Of a stretch of 32,000 nt of DNA, positions 23,968-32,000 are shown in pieces. The notes under the pieces were generated by a model. It did no database searches, was not told the DNA's origin, and saw nothing but the letters and a program-made list of their open reading frames with translations. Numbering within the stretch: position 1 is the first letter of the stretch; each line of letters begins with the position of its first letter. A program made the position numbers and the translations under genes. This DNA is from Candidatus Syntropharchaeum caldarium (GTDB taxonomy: Archaea > Halobacteriota > Syntropharchaeia > Syntropharchaeales > Syntropharchaeaceae). Location: the NCBI GenBank assembly GCA_001766815.1, contig LYOS01000003.1, forward strand, positions 256,742 to 288,741, given 5' to 3'.

Positions 23968-24040
23968 ACGCCCAGGTCGGGATTCGAACCCGAGTCGAAG
24001 CCTCGACAGGGCTCCATGATGGGCCTCTACACTACCCGGG
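23968..24040 (-). tRNA. tRNA-Asp (anticodon GUC)
   Basis: Hand-folded on the minus strand: GCCCGGGTAGTGTAGAGGCCCATCATGGAGCCCTGTCGAGGCTTCGACTCGGGTTCGAATCCCGACCTGGGCG. Acceptor GCCCGGG/CCTGGGC with one G.U pair. Anticodon loop CTGTCGA. T-arm TCGGG-TTCGAAT-CCCGA. 73 nt, no CCA. Confidence 0.9.
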
Positions 24041-24146
24041 CATAGACGCACTACCCATCCTCTTTGTATTCCCCTTTTAAGATTATTTAAGTATTTCGCT
24101 TAGATCGCAAAAAGATTATAATAGAAGAGTTGTGATTATAACCGTG

Positions 24147-24584
24147 ATGTACAAAAAGATTCTTGTTCCTTACGATGGATCATCTAACGCTGAGAAGGCG
24201 GTTGGGCATGCGATCGAACTTGCAAAAGCACTTCCTGAAACGCCACAGATCACATTGCTCAATGTAATCGATGTTCACTACATTGTGCAGATCGCAGAGA
24301 GTATATATGTCGATATGGAGAGCCTTGAGGCATACAGCAGATCTGTGCTGACTGCTATGAAAGAAAAGATCAAAGATGACATTCCTGTAGAGATCGCGGT
24401 CAAGAGTGGGAGGCCATGGGAGGAGATCGTCAATGAGGCAGAGGAGGGCAAGTACGACCTCATCGTCATGGGGTCACATGGACTTGGTTTCATCGATCGC
24501 CTGCTGGTTGGAAGTACGACGCAGGGGGTTCTGAGGCATGCTAAATGCCCTGTACTTGTTATAAACTCTGATAGGGAGGGGTAA
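24147..24584 (+). CDS. universal stress protein (UspA family)
   Basis: MYKKILVPYDGS...DLIVMGSHGLGFIDRLLVGSTTQGVLRHAKCPVLVI. ATG 24147 lies about 25-30 nt after a TATA-like GATTATAATA. Confidence 0.9.
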   Translation: MYKKILVPYDGSSNAEKAVGHAIELAKALPETPQITLLNVIDVHYIVQIAESIYVDMESLEAYSRSVLTAMKEKIKDDIPVEIAVKSGRPWEEIVNEAEEGKYDLIVMGSHGLGFIDRLLVGSTTQGVLRHAKCPVLVINSDREG

Positions 24585-24585
24585 A

Positions 24586-25512
24586 GTGGCAGATGGGTTT
24601 GGTAATGTTGAGAAGATCTGGATGAATGGTAAGATCATCGATTGGCATGATGCAAAGATCCATGTCCTCTCACATGGTCTGCACTATGGATCGGGTGTGT
24701 TTGAAGGTATCAGATGTTACAGCACGCCCAGAGGGTCTTTTGTATTCAGGCTGACAGACCACCTTAAGCGGATGTTCAGGTCTGCAATCCCCTACAAGAT
24801 GCAAATTCCATACAGTCTTGATGAGCTTAAAAAGGCTGTCATAGATACAATCAAGGTGAACGGACTTGATTCATGCTATATACGTCCTATCGCATTCTAT
24901 GGGTATCACAGTCTTGGTGTTATACCTAAGAATTGTCCTGTCGAGTGCGTAATTGCAACATGGCCATGGGGCACGTATCTTGGAGAAGAGGCACTTGAAA
25001 ACGGGATCAGGTGCACATTCTCGGCATGGACAAAGATTCATCCAAAGATGTTGCCTGTGGGTGCAAAGGCTACGGGACAGTACATCAACTCGATGCTTGC
25101 AGGCTTTGATGCAAAGGAGAAGGGGTTTGATGAAGCACTACTGCTTGATAACGATGGATATGTTGCAGAAGGTCCTGGTGAGAACCTCTTTGTAGTCGAT
25201 GACGGCGTGATACACACTCCAACGCTCACATCAGCGCTTCCAGGTATCACGCGAGATGCAGCGATCAAAATCGCAAGAGACCTCGGCTATGAGGTGGTCG
25301 TCAGAAGTATCACGCGGGGTGAGGTGTTGACCGCAGATGAGCTCTTTTTCACTGGAACAGCAGCAGAAGTAACTCCAATCAGGGAGGTCGATGAAGTTAC
25401 AATTGGAGATGGAAAAAAAGGACCTGTAACTGCAGCAATCCAGAAAAAATTCTTCAAGATTGTGAATGCAGAAGAAGATGCATATATGGACTGGCTTGAA
25501 CCCGTAGAATGA
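24586..25512 (+). CDS. ilvE: branched-chain amino acid aminotransferase (PLP fold type IV)
   Basis: IWMNGKIIDWHDAKIHVLSHGLHYGSGVFEGIRCY, the catalytic Lys context (GAKATGQY), and EGPGENLF...GITR motifs; GTG start. Confidence 0.9.
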   Translation: MADGFGNVEKIWMNGKIIDWHDAKIHVLSHGLHYGSGVFEGIRCYSTPRGSFVFRLTDHLKRMFRSAIPYKMQIPYSLDELKKAVIDTIKVNGLDSCYIRPIAFYGYHSLGVIPKNCPVECVIATWPWGTYLGEEALENGIRCTFSAWTKIHPKMLPVGAKATGQYINSMLAGFDAKEKGFDEALLLDNDGYVAEGPGENLFVVDDGVIHTPTLTSALPGITRDAAIKIARDLGYEVVVRSITRGEVLTADELFFTGTAAEVTPIREVDEVTIGDGKKGPVTAAIQKKFFKIVNAEEDAYMDWLEPVE

Positions 25513-26519
25513 ACATAAACTGGAACATAACAGCTGCCTGCAATCTCCGCTGCAGTCATTGCTACTATGCGTCTCACAGCCGCGAGGGGGAGCTTGACAC
25601 AGAAGAAGCGATCAATCTGCTTGCTTCGATCAGATCATATTTTGGTAGTGGAACAAATATTACACTTGGTGGGGGAGAACCGCTCATGCGAGAGGACGTT
25701 TACGAGATAATCCAGCATGGATCTAAACTTGGGCTTAATATGATGCTTGGAACAAACGGTACGCTCATAACCCACTCTATCGCCAGTAAATTGCTGGATT
25801 CAGGCTTGAAAGAGGTTATAATCTCGATCGACGGTATGGAGGAGTGCCATGATCTGATACGGGGCAAAGGTACATTCAAACGCTCGATTGCAGGTGCAAA
25901 AAACTGCCGCGATGCAGGGCTCAGTCTTGTCATCGATCCCTGCCTCATGGATGAAAACGTGGATCAACTCACACAGATCCTCAATCTCTGTGAAGAACTG
26001 GGTGCAAGACAGTGCAGGGTATTCCATTTTGTTGAGATGGGGCGTGGCGGTCGCAATCGGGCTGGATCGTCACTCAATCTCGCTTCATATACAAAAAATC
26101 TATATGACCTTTATGATGAGCAGGTTAAACGCAAACATCTGGAGATCTGTACAACCCAGGGCTGCCAGTACTGGGTGGTTCTGAAGCAGGCAGAAGCAGA
26201 GGGTAAGTTTATCCCAGATTTTTATCTCAGGGAGGCCCCGGGTTGCAGGGCAGGAATTGCGCTCTTATCGATAAAGCCAGATGGAAATGTTGTGCCATGT
26301 CCACTGCTTCCTGTTGTGATTGCTAACGTGCGCGATACGGGTCTTGATGAGATAATGCGGTCTGAGATCATCGAGAAACTCAGGAGGCGCGATGTTAAAG
26401 GTAAATGCAAAGTCTGTATCAATAAAGATCTCTGCGGCGGTTGCCGTGTGCGCGCCTACATTGCATCAGGAGATTATCTTGGCGAAGATCCACTCTGTGG
26501 AGAGGTGTTTATGCGATGA
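25509..26519 (+). CDS. radical SAM protein with C-terminal SPASM domain (NirJ/AhbC/AhbD-like)
   Basis: CNLRCSHCY cluster motif at residues 11-19, the GGGEPL SAM motif, and a C-terminal Cys-rich SPASM region (CRAG...PCP...CKVC...CGGCRVRA). The ATG overlaps the ilvE stop (ATGA). Confidence 0.85.
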   Translation: MNINWNITAACNLRCSHCYYASHSREGELDTEEAINLLASIRSYFGSGTNITLGGGEPLMREDVYEIIQHGSKLGLNMMLGTNGTLITHSIASKLLDSGLKEVIISIDGMEECHDLIRGKGTFKRSIAGAKNCRDAGLSLVIDPCLMDENVDQLTQILNLCEELGARQCRVFHFVEMGRGGRNRAGSSLNLASYTKNLYDLYDEQVKRKHLEICTTQGCQYWVVLKQAEAEGKFIPDFYLREAPGCRAGIALLSIKPDGNVVPCPLLPVVIANVRDTGLDEIMRSEIIEKLRRRDVKGKCKVCINKDLCGGCRVRAYIASGDYLGEDPLCGEVFMR

Positions 26520-27685
26520 CCACTCAATTAATTCCACTCCTCATACTTATCAACATAGTCGTCATCACCGTAATTGCGATCAGGCGATGGGAGGGGTACT
26601 ATGAGGATATGCGGTTTGCCTTTGCAACACTGACCCTCCTTTTTTTTGCACAGTTCCTCGGTCTCCCGATATCTCTTCTTGGATCGTCACTTGCACTCCT
26701 TGCAGGCATCTATGCCTTCAATACCCTGCACGAGAAAGGGATCGTCGAGCGGGTTTTAGCATTCTTTGCAACAGGGATCACACTCTCATTTATTGCAGGG
26801 CTACTGATCACCTACTTGATTGGGTCTGTGCCCGATCTTGCATTCATCCTTTTTCTGGTCATAATCGGGACGGCTGCAGGCATGCTGATGCACCTCATCC
26901 GTGAGGACGCGGTTTTCACGATTGTTGGAGCATGTATGGTGATGTGGAGCTTTATCTACTTCGGGATCGAGGTCGAAGTGCTCAACGTACTCTTTGCGTT
27001 TCTCTTCTCACTCATACTTGGGTTTATCTCTTACAGGGAGCGGGCAATCGAGATCACAGGCGTTCTTGGTGGTACAATTCTCGGAATGCTTCTCATCATC
27101 TTCGGCGATATACGGTGGTTTGTGATCATCTTCATCTTCTCGATGCTTGGAAGTATATTCACACGCTACAAATTTGAGTCAAAGCTCAAAGCAGGGATTG
27201 CAGAGTCAAAGAGCGGGATTCGAAACTACAGAAACATCTTTGCAAACGGGCTGGTGGGGCTTCTGATGGCGGTTGCCTATGGTAAATACCATGACCCTGT
27301 CTTCATCGTGGCGTTTCTTGCATCTTTTGCCAGTGCAACCGGGGATACACTTGCATCAGAGATTGGACAGACATCACACGATCAACCGGTCATGATAACA
27401 ACATTTGAGCCTGTTCCACCTGGTACAGATGGTGGAATAACCGCGCTTGGTGAGCTTTCTGCACTCTTTGGTGCATTTATCATCGTGCTTGCTGCATACA
27501 TCATGGGGATGAGTGACGGGACATGTTTCCTTTCAGCGCTCATCGGTGGGTATCTTGGTGTGAACTTTGACAGTCTGCTTGGTGCAACGCTTGAACGAGA
27601 TAAAATTATTGGCAACGATGGTGTGAACCTCGCTTCAACCGCTTTTGCAGCGATTGTTGCCTCGGCGATATTTTATATAATCTGA
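26516..27685 (+). CDS. polytopic membrane protein with C-terminal DUF92/TMEM19 (COG1836) domain
   Basis: NYRNIFANGLVGLLMAVAY...ASATGDTLASEIGQ...GTDGGITALGE...DSLLGATLE are DUF92 signatures, preceded by about 170 aa of additional TM helices. I set the start at ATG 26516, which overlaps the radical SAM stop (ATGA). The track start at 26441 lies inside the upstream gene. Confidence 0.75.
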   Translation: MTTQLIPLLILINIVVITVIAIRRWEGYYEDMRFAFATLTLLFFAQFLGLPISLLGSSLALLAGIYAFNTLHEKGIVERVLAFFATGITLSFIAGLLITYLIGSVPDLAFILFLVIIGTAAGMLMHLIREDAVFTIVGACMVMWSFIYFGIEVEVLNVLFAFLFSLILGFISYRERAIEITGVLGGTILGMLLIIFGDIRWFVIIFIFSMLGSIFTRYKFESKLKAGIAESKSGIRNYRNIFANGLVGLLMAVAYGKYHDPVFIVAFLASFASATGDTLASEIGQTSHDQPVMITTFEPVPPGTDGGITALGELSALFGAFIIVLAAYIMGMSDGTCFLSALIGGYLGVNFDSLLGATLERDKIIGNDGVNLASTAFAAIVASAIFYII

Positions 27686-27723
27686 GTGTAATAATAGTTG
27701 AAAGTATAATAGGAATGAGGAAC

Positions 27724-28473
27724 ATGTTTAAAGGTAGTATCAGGACATCAGTATTGAGAGAGGCGATTGACGCCATTCGTGCCATCGTTGACGAGGCTAA
27801 ATTCAATCTTACACCCACAGGTATATCAGTAAGGGCAGTTGACGCTGCAAATGTTGCAATGGTAAGCCTTGAGCTTCCTGATTCAGCATTTGAGTCATAT
27901 TCAGTGGAGAACAAAATTACCATCGGTATCGATCTTTCAAAGTTTGCGGATCTTTTGAAAATGGGAGATCCAGATTCGATATGTGAGCTGGAGCTGGTTG
28001 ATTCAAGCAGACTGAAAATAAAGATGGGAAGCTTAAATTACAGTATCTCACTTCTTGAGCCATCAACAATCAAACGTGATCCCAAGATACCTGAGATCGA
28101 GCTTCCAGCAGAAGTAATACTGAAGGGAAGCGATTTCAGGAGGGGAATAAAAGCATCAGAGCCCATCGGTGATTATCTTGTTATTGAAATCAATACAAAA
28201 CCTGTGGAAACATTCACAATGGAAACAGAGGGTGATGTGGATAAAGTTACGCTGAGTCTGACCAAAGATGATGTATTCTCAATTTCTGTCGTGGGGGAGG
28301 AGAAGGTAAGATCGATGTTTGGTATCGAGTATCTCAAGGAGATCAGCAAGGTGACATCTGGTGCAGACGAGGTGAAACTCAAGGTTGGGAATGACTTCCC
28401 TATTGATATAAGTTTCCTGCTCGGTGATGCGAGCGTACGGTATCTATTAGCTCCAAGAATTGAGGCTGATTGA
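27724..28473 (+). CDS. pcn: DNA polymerase sliding clamp (PCNA)
   Basis: MFKGSI...LREAIDAIRAIVDEAKFNLTPTGISVRAVDAANVAMVSLELPDSAFESY ... YLLAPRIE. The typical archaeal PCNA N-terminus begins at ATG 27724. Confidence 0.9.
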   Translation: MFKGSIRTSVLREAIDAIRAIVDEAKFNLTPTGISVRAVDAANVAMVSLELPDSAFESYSVENKITIGIDLSKFADLLKMGDPDSICELELVDSSRLKIKMGSLNYSISLLEPSTIKRDPKIPEIELPAEVILKGSDFRRGIKASEPIGDYLVIEINTKPVETFTMETEGDVDKVTLSLTKDDVFSISVVGEEKVRSMFGIEYLKEISKVTSGADEVKLKVGNDFPIDISFLLGDASVRYLLAPRIEAD

Positions 28474-29494
28474 GGGGCTTGAGAGGTTGGAACTCAGTAA
28501 AATTGCGAGCTACCCATTCCTACCTGAAGCATCAAAATATGTGAGTGAGCTTGGTATATCTCCCGATGACCTTGTTTACAGGACAGAGTTCGCACATGCG
28601 AGAAGTCGTGGAGCAGAGCGAGTTCTTGATGCGTTGGAGGGTAATGTATTTGAAGAGGGCGGCAAGATCCCAATACTCGATCATGCAAAAGAGAGCCGTT
28701 TAGTGACAGAACTCCTCTCATATCCGTTTTCAAGGATGATAATTTCTGTGATCAATGATCCATATCTCACGAGGCGGTTTGCGGTGGCTGAAGCAAAGAT
28801 CGCGCATCGCAGACTTCAGCGTGAACCACCATCATTCACGGTATATCTTGGCAGTGATCTTGGTCTTGATCTTGATCTTGAGAATGATGATCGGATCAGG
28901 ATACACTTTCTGGATTACATACGTGTCTCCTCAATTCTGCGTGGTATCGAGTGGAAACTTGTCAATCAGCGAATCAGAAAGGGTTGGGTTATTCTCAACT
29001 TCAAAGATTATCTCAGAGTTTTGCAGGAATTTATACGACTTAAAAATGAGGATGGCCTTCCAGCAAAAGTTTCAAGAGGGCTTAAGGCAGGAATTGAAGC
29101 ATATCTACCTCAGATCCGTGAGAAACTCGCAGTACGCACGGCGCAGTTTGAGCATGAGATTGCAGTCGTTGATCCTGAGAAGTTCCCGCCATGCATCAGG
29201 GCGATGATCCGTGATATTTCAGCAGGGGTCAATATCTCGCATTCTGCACGGTTTACACTGACTACTTTTCTCCTGAATATCGGGCTATCAGAGGAGGATG
29301 TTATCAAGATCTACCGTAGTTCTCCAGATTTTGATGAATCAAAGACGCGTTATCAGGTGAAGCACATCGCATCAAAGGAATATACGCCTCCTTCCTGCTC
29401 GACGATCAAAACATATGGTAACTGCACGGCCACATGTCCCCAACCGAGCCATCCGCTGACAATATACAAAAAAGCGCTTGAACGTGGAGCATGA
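28460..29494 (+). CDS. priL: DNA primase large subunit PriL
   Basis: N-terminal ASYPFLPEASKYV and a C-terminal Fe-S domain with PPCIRAMI...HSARFTLTTFLLNIGLSEEDVIKIY...YTPPSCSTIKTYGNC. No ATG is available, so the start is TTG 28460 or TTG 28487. Confidence 0.85.
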   Translation: MRLIEGLERLELSKIASYPFLPEASKYVSELGISPDDLVYRTEFAHARSRGAERVLDALEGNVFEEGGKIPILDHAKESRLVTELLSYPFSRMIISVINDPYLTRRFAVAEAKIAHRRLQREPPSFTVYLGSDLGLDLDLENDDRIRIHFLDYIRVSSILRGIEWKLVNQRIRKGWVILNFKDYLRVLQEFIRLKNEDGLPAKVSRGLKAGIEAYLPQIREKLAVRTAQFEHEIAVVDPEKFPPCIRAMIRDISAGVNISHSARFTLTTFLLNIGLSEEDVIKIYRSSPDFDESKTRYQVKHIASKEYTPPSCSTIKTYGNCTATCPQPSHPLTIYKKALERGA

Positions 29495-29531
29495 TGCACA
29501 GTTAAATATATCTTGGGAGCAAGAGTAGAAT

Positions 29532-29975
29532 ATGGATGGCATTCTGGTCGAGGTGAAAGGGGTTTATCTTGGAAAAACACCTCAGGGTGGTGCACCGCTT
29601 GTTTTACTCCAGGCGAATAATCGTGTGATGCCAATATACATTGGTATTCCAGAGGCTATTTCGATAAGTTCCGCATTAAAAGACCAGACCGCCCCACGAC
29701 CGATGACACATGATCTGATCGTCTCAATGCTGGAGAGTCTGCACTGTGCGATTGAAGGGGTCTATATCGATGACTTCTTTGATGGGATCTACTACGCCAA
29801 GCTGACAATCTCAGACCACACCGGCAGTAAGGAACTTGATGCACGTCCAAGTGACTGCATCGCAATTGCTCTTAGAACAGGGACGGACATTTATGTGCGA
29901 AAAGAGATCTTTGAGGGGGCTTCAATGGATGAAAAAGATCTCAAAGACGTTGATACAATGTGGAACTTGATTTAG
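29532..29975 (+). CDS. bifunctional nuclease family protein (DUF151/BFN domain)
   Basis: PLVLLQANNRVMPIYIGIPEAISI...RPMTHDLIVSMLESL...YYAKLTI...ELDARPSDCIAIALRTGTDIYV is the canonical DUF151 pattern. Confidence 0.85.
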   Translation: MDGILVEVKGVYLGKTPQGGAPLVLLQANNRVMPIYIGIPEAISISSALKDQTAPRPMTHDLIVSMLESLHCAIEGVYIDDFFDGIYYAKLTISDHTGSKELDARPSDCIAIALRTGTDIYVRKEIFEGASMDEKDLKDVDTMWNLI

Positions 29976-29992
29976 AGATAAGGGTGTGCTGG

Positions 29993-31141
29993 ATGGAGAT
30001 TGTGAAGTCGATGGACTTTGATGGAACTTCTTTTATCTACACAGAAGAGGCCAAGGGGGTAGATCATCGCCTTACATACAACTACAAACAGTGTACTGGA
30101 TGTGGGATATGCACAAAGATCTGTCCGACTGGTGCACTGGAGCTTGGTCCAATCCCTGAGATTGCAACAGGACTTGATGCCCCGCCTGTGATGCTCGATC
30201 TTGATGCGTGTACATTCTGCGGTATGTGTGCTGCATTCTGTCCGGAGCGAGCATTCAGGTTCACGATTGACGGGATTGATATCCGCAATCTTGCAGAGTA
30301 TCCTCACCTTGAATCCTCGATTACAGTGAATGATAACTGCATCCCCTGCCTGATCTGTGAAAAAGCCTGCCCAAGGGACGCAATCACGCTCAAACTCTCG
30401 ATCCCAAAGAAAGAGGATCTTCTCCACTTTGATGAGACAGCAGAAGGCGAGATCAAAATCGATGAGGATAAATGTAACCGATGCGGCATCTGCAAAGCGT
30501 TCTGTGATGCTTTTCTTCTCTTTGAGCGAGATCCTGAGAAAATCAATCCTGAGATGCCTCATGAGTTTGAACCAGTGGTAATAGACCCCGAAAAATGTGA
30601 TTACTGTGGTTTGTGCGTTGATCTATGTCCTGAAGATGCGATCGAGGTTATATCTGAGAAACGGAATGTAAACGTCGATCTCAAACCGCCCGTAATCACA
30701 GGTGAGATTGTAATTGATGATGAGATCTGTGACCGTTGTGGCTGGTGCGTCTTCAGATGTCCCTATAACGCCCTTGAGATTGAGAAGCCGTTTGAAGGTG
30801 AGATCAGGATCGTTGATAATAAACTCCCAGCATGTGATCCCGTGGGTTGTCATGCGTGTATCAATATCTGTCCATCGAAGGCATGGTACATACCCAGCGA
30901 TGATAAGATCGCAGTTGAGGAGTCGTTATGCACGTACTGTGGTGCGTGTGTTAATTCATGCAGGTTTGATGTGATCGATCTTTTGAGGACGGATGTTAAG
31001 CATTCACCTGCTATCGAGACTCCGTGGAAGAAACAATGGCTTGATACAATCGCGATTATCAGGGGAGAGAAGGAAAAACGAGATTATGCAGGTTTGAAGT
31101 TCTTCAGAAAGAATGAAGAGGGAGAAGTGGTGTGGAGGTAG
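29993..31141 (+). CDS. polyferredoxin with eight [4Fe-4S]-binding motifs (FwdF/MvhB-like)
   Basis: Eight Cys clusters read in the translation: CTGCGICTKICP, CTFCGMCAAFCP, CIPCLICEKACP, CNRCGICKAFCD, CDYCGLCVDLCP, CDRCGWCVFRCP, CDPVGCHACINICP, CTYCGACVNSCR. The start is uncertain (ATG 29993 or GTG 29960). Confidence 0.85.
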   Translation: MEIVKSMDFDGTSFIYTEEAKGVDHRLTYNYKQCTGCGICTKICPTGALELGPIPEIATGLDAPPVMLDLDACTFCGMCAAFCPERAFRFTIDGIDIRNLAEYPHLESSITVNDNCIPCLICEKACPRDAITLKLSIPKKEDLLHFDETAEGEIKIDEDKCNRCGICKAFCDAFLLFERDPEKINPEMPHEFEPVVIDPEKCDYCGLCVDLCPEDAIEVISEKRNVNVDLKPPVITGEIVIDDEICDRCGWCVFRCPYNALEIEKPFEGEIRIVDNKLPACDPVGCHACINICPSKAWYIPSDDKIAVEESLCTYCGACVNSCRFDVIDLLRTDVKHSPAIETPWKKQWLDTIAIIRGEKEKRDYAGLKFFRKNEEGEVVWR

Positions 31142-31204
31142 GTGGGGTTGGGGGTAAGGTGTTAGGTGAAATACCCAAGCCCGCAAAATTAAAAATCAGG
31201 AAGG

Positions 31205-31693
31205 ATGAAAATTATGCATAAGAAAAGTACTGGTCACTTAATTGGTCACATAGCATATATTGGCTTATATGGAGTATTGATAATATCTACAATTTTTCTT
31301 TATAATTCTGCTAATTTAGCGAAATTACTTTATGCAGGATGGATAATTTTGGCATTTGGAATTATTTTTCTGTTGTGGTCAAGCAAATCACGAAAGAAAG
31401 GGCATGAAGAGGGTATTGGACTTGTTGAAAGTGGCATGTATGCCTTTGTTCGCCATCCTGAATTCCTGGGGCATATATTGATAATTTTTGCTTTGGTTAT
31501 TATTTCACAGCACTGGATCGGCTTAATTGTTGGCGTAATCTTAATTATTTTACTGTGTCTTGCCATGATAGAAGAAGAAAGGGGAAACATAGAAAAGTTT
31601 GGCGATGCATACAGGGATTATATGAAAAGAGTTCCGAGAATAAATCTAATAGCTGGAATTATTAGGCAAATACATAGCAAGAGAGAAAAATAA
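31205..31693 (+). CDS. isoprenylcysteine carboxyl methyltransferase / phospholipid methyltransferase family membrane protein
   Basis: GMYAFVRHPEFLGHIL...EEERGNIEKFGDAYRDYMKRVP is the ICMT/PEMT C-terminal signature, with 4-5 TM segments. The codon usage is clearly more AT-rich than the flanking core genes. Confidence 0.8.
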   Translation: MKIMHKKSTGHLIGHIAYIGLYGVLIISTIFLYNSANLAKLLYAGWIILAFGIIFLLWSSKSRKKGHEEGIGLVESGMYAFVRHPEFLGHILIIFALVIISQHWIGLIVGVILIILLCLAMIEEERGNIEKFGDAYRDYMKRVPRINLIAGIIRQIHSKREK

Positions 31694-31855
31694 AGATGGA
31701 AATAAGATGTGAGAATCGCTCTGCCATGCTTCGCACCTCGCCCTTCGGGTCATATAAACAAGCGGGTACGCGGTTCGCTTCGCGACCCTTTCGCATACCC
31801 CTCAGCCGAAATTTTTTATAGTCTTATTCAAATACTATCATGGAGGTGTTCGCCT

Positions 31856-32000
31856 GTGGAAACAAAAGTAAAAGATCTAACTATCGAAGAATTACGATCA
31901 TTGATATCAGACACTGTCCGAGAAGCTATGAATGATTCAATCGAAGATATGCTGGCACTTTCAAGTGACGAATACCTAAAATCCATTGAAGAAGCGAGAA
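31856..32000 (+). CDS. partial small ORF, possibly a type II antitoxin-like protein (N-terminal 48 codons only)
   Basis: The GTG start lies 7 nt after GGAGGTG. It translates to (M)ETKVKDLTIEELRSLISDTVREAMNDSIEDMLALSSDEYLKSIEEAR, a helical acidic pattern reminiscent of small antitoxin/addiction-module components. It is cut by the window edge. Confidence 0.3.
   Translation, partial: METKVKDLTIEELRSLISDTVREAMNDSIEDMLALSSDEYLKSIEEAR

Noticed and set aside
8978-27685. Long N-terminal extensions of track ORFs (8978, 17054, 17365, 18613, 18626, 21917, 24132, 26441, 27715)
   Set aside because: The extensions overlap upstream genes or add non-homologous residues. Internal ATG/GTG/TTG codons with SD or TATA spacing coincide with the family-typical N-termini (for example MPRPRRCRWV for DUF134 and MFKGSI for PCNA), so those starts were used instead.
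28865-28882. Short tandem repeat CTTGAT-CTTGAT-CTTGAG
   Set aside because: It lies inside priL and simply encodes an acidic LDLDLE linker. It is too short and too few copies to be a structural repeat or CRISPR-like element.
29972-30562. 196-aa minus-strand ORF and smaller antisense ORFs across 29972-31186
   Set aside because: They are antisense to the polyferredoxin gene, whose eight CxxCxxCxxxC motifs fix the true frame.
1-32000. CRISPR arrays, rRNA genes, IS elements, transposases or integrases
   Set aside because: No spaced direct-repeat array, no rRNA-like conserved stretches, no transposase or integrase motifs in any ORF, and no terminal inverted repeats flanking the AT-rich islands were seen.

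Overview
Archaeal chromosomal window, probably from a Methanomicrobia/Methanosarcinales-like methanogen or ANME relative. That taxonomic call is inferred from gene content: LonB, NAC, PCNA, PriL, Rpp30, archaeal phosphopantothenate synthetase, an MtxX-like protein and a polyferredoxin. I support about 45 protein genes and 2 tRNAs (Leu-UAG, Asp-GUC). I saw no rRNA, CRISPR array, transposase or integrase. Layout: (1) 1-3334 (-) is a tightly coupled thiolase / DUF35 / 3-hydroxybutyryl-CoA dehydrogenase / crotonase operon. (2) 3438-5854 (-) holds a DGC-domain protein followed by a ClC channel whose essential N-terminal helices lie upstream of any canonical start codon. (3) 5941-11292 (+) is a housekeeping array: LonB, AcnX/DUF521, TsaC, phosphopantothenate synthetase, PUA protein, NAC, tRNA-Leu. 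(4) 11298-14886 (-) is an iron-uptake operon: DtxR repressor, two FeoA, a split FeoB and a small membrane protein, with TTAGG/CCTAA palindromes in both promoters. (5) 14907-18613 (-), directly upstream, is a Nif-like but nitrogenase-free Fe-S module. It contains DUF134, a NifX-like/DUF5320-like fusion, a 58-aa RG-rich zinc-ribbon ORF missing from the ORF track, DUF5320, a NifU/IscU-like scaffold, a TrmO-like protein, a second NifX-like protein and a MinD/NifH-like ATPase with a ferredoxin insert. I consider this the best candidate for an uncharacterised system. (6) 18713-19955 holds MarC and RNase P Rpp30. An AT-rich HicAB island follows at about 19990-20900. (7) 20895-24040 (-) holds ThiL, a UbiD-family decarboxylase, a PTA-fold MtxX-like protein and tRNA-Asp. 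(8) 24147-31141 (+) holds UspA; then IlvE, a radical SAM/SPASM protein and a DUF92 membrane protein, whose two junctions are ATGA stop-start overlaps; then PCNA, PriL, a DUF151 nuclease and an 8-cluster polyferredoxin. (9) 31150-32000 is a second AT-rich patch with an ICMT-family methyltransferase and a partial antitoxin-like ORF. All product calls rest on motif and family recognition by eye from the translations; no database search was run.
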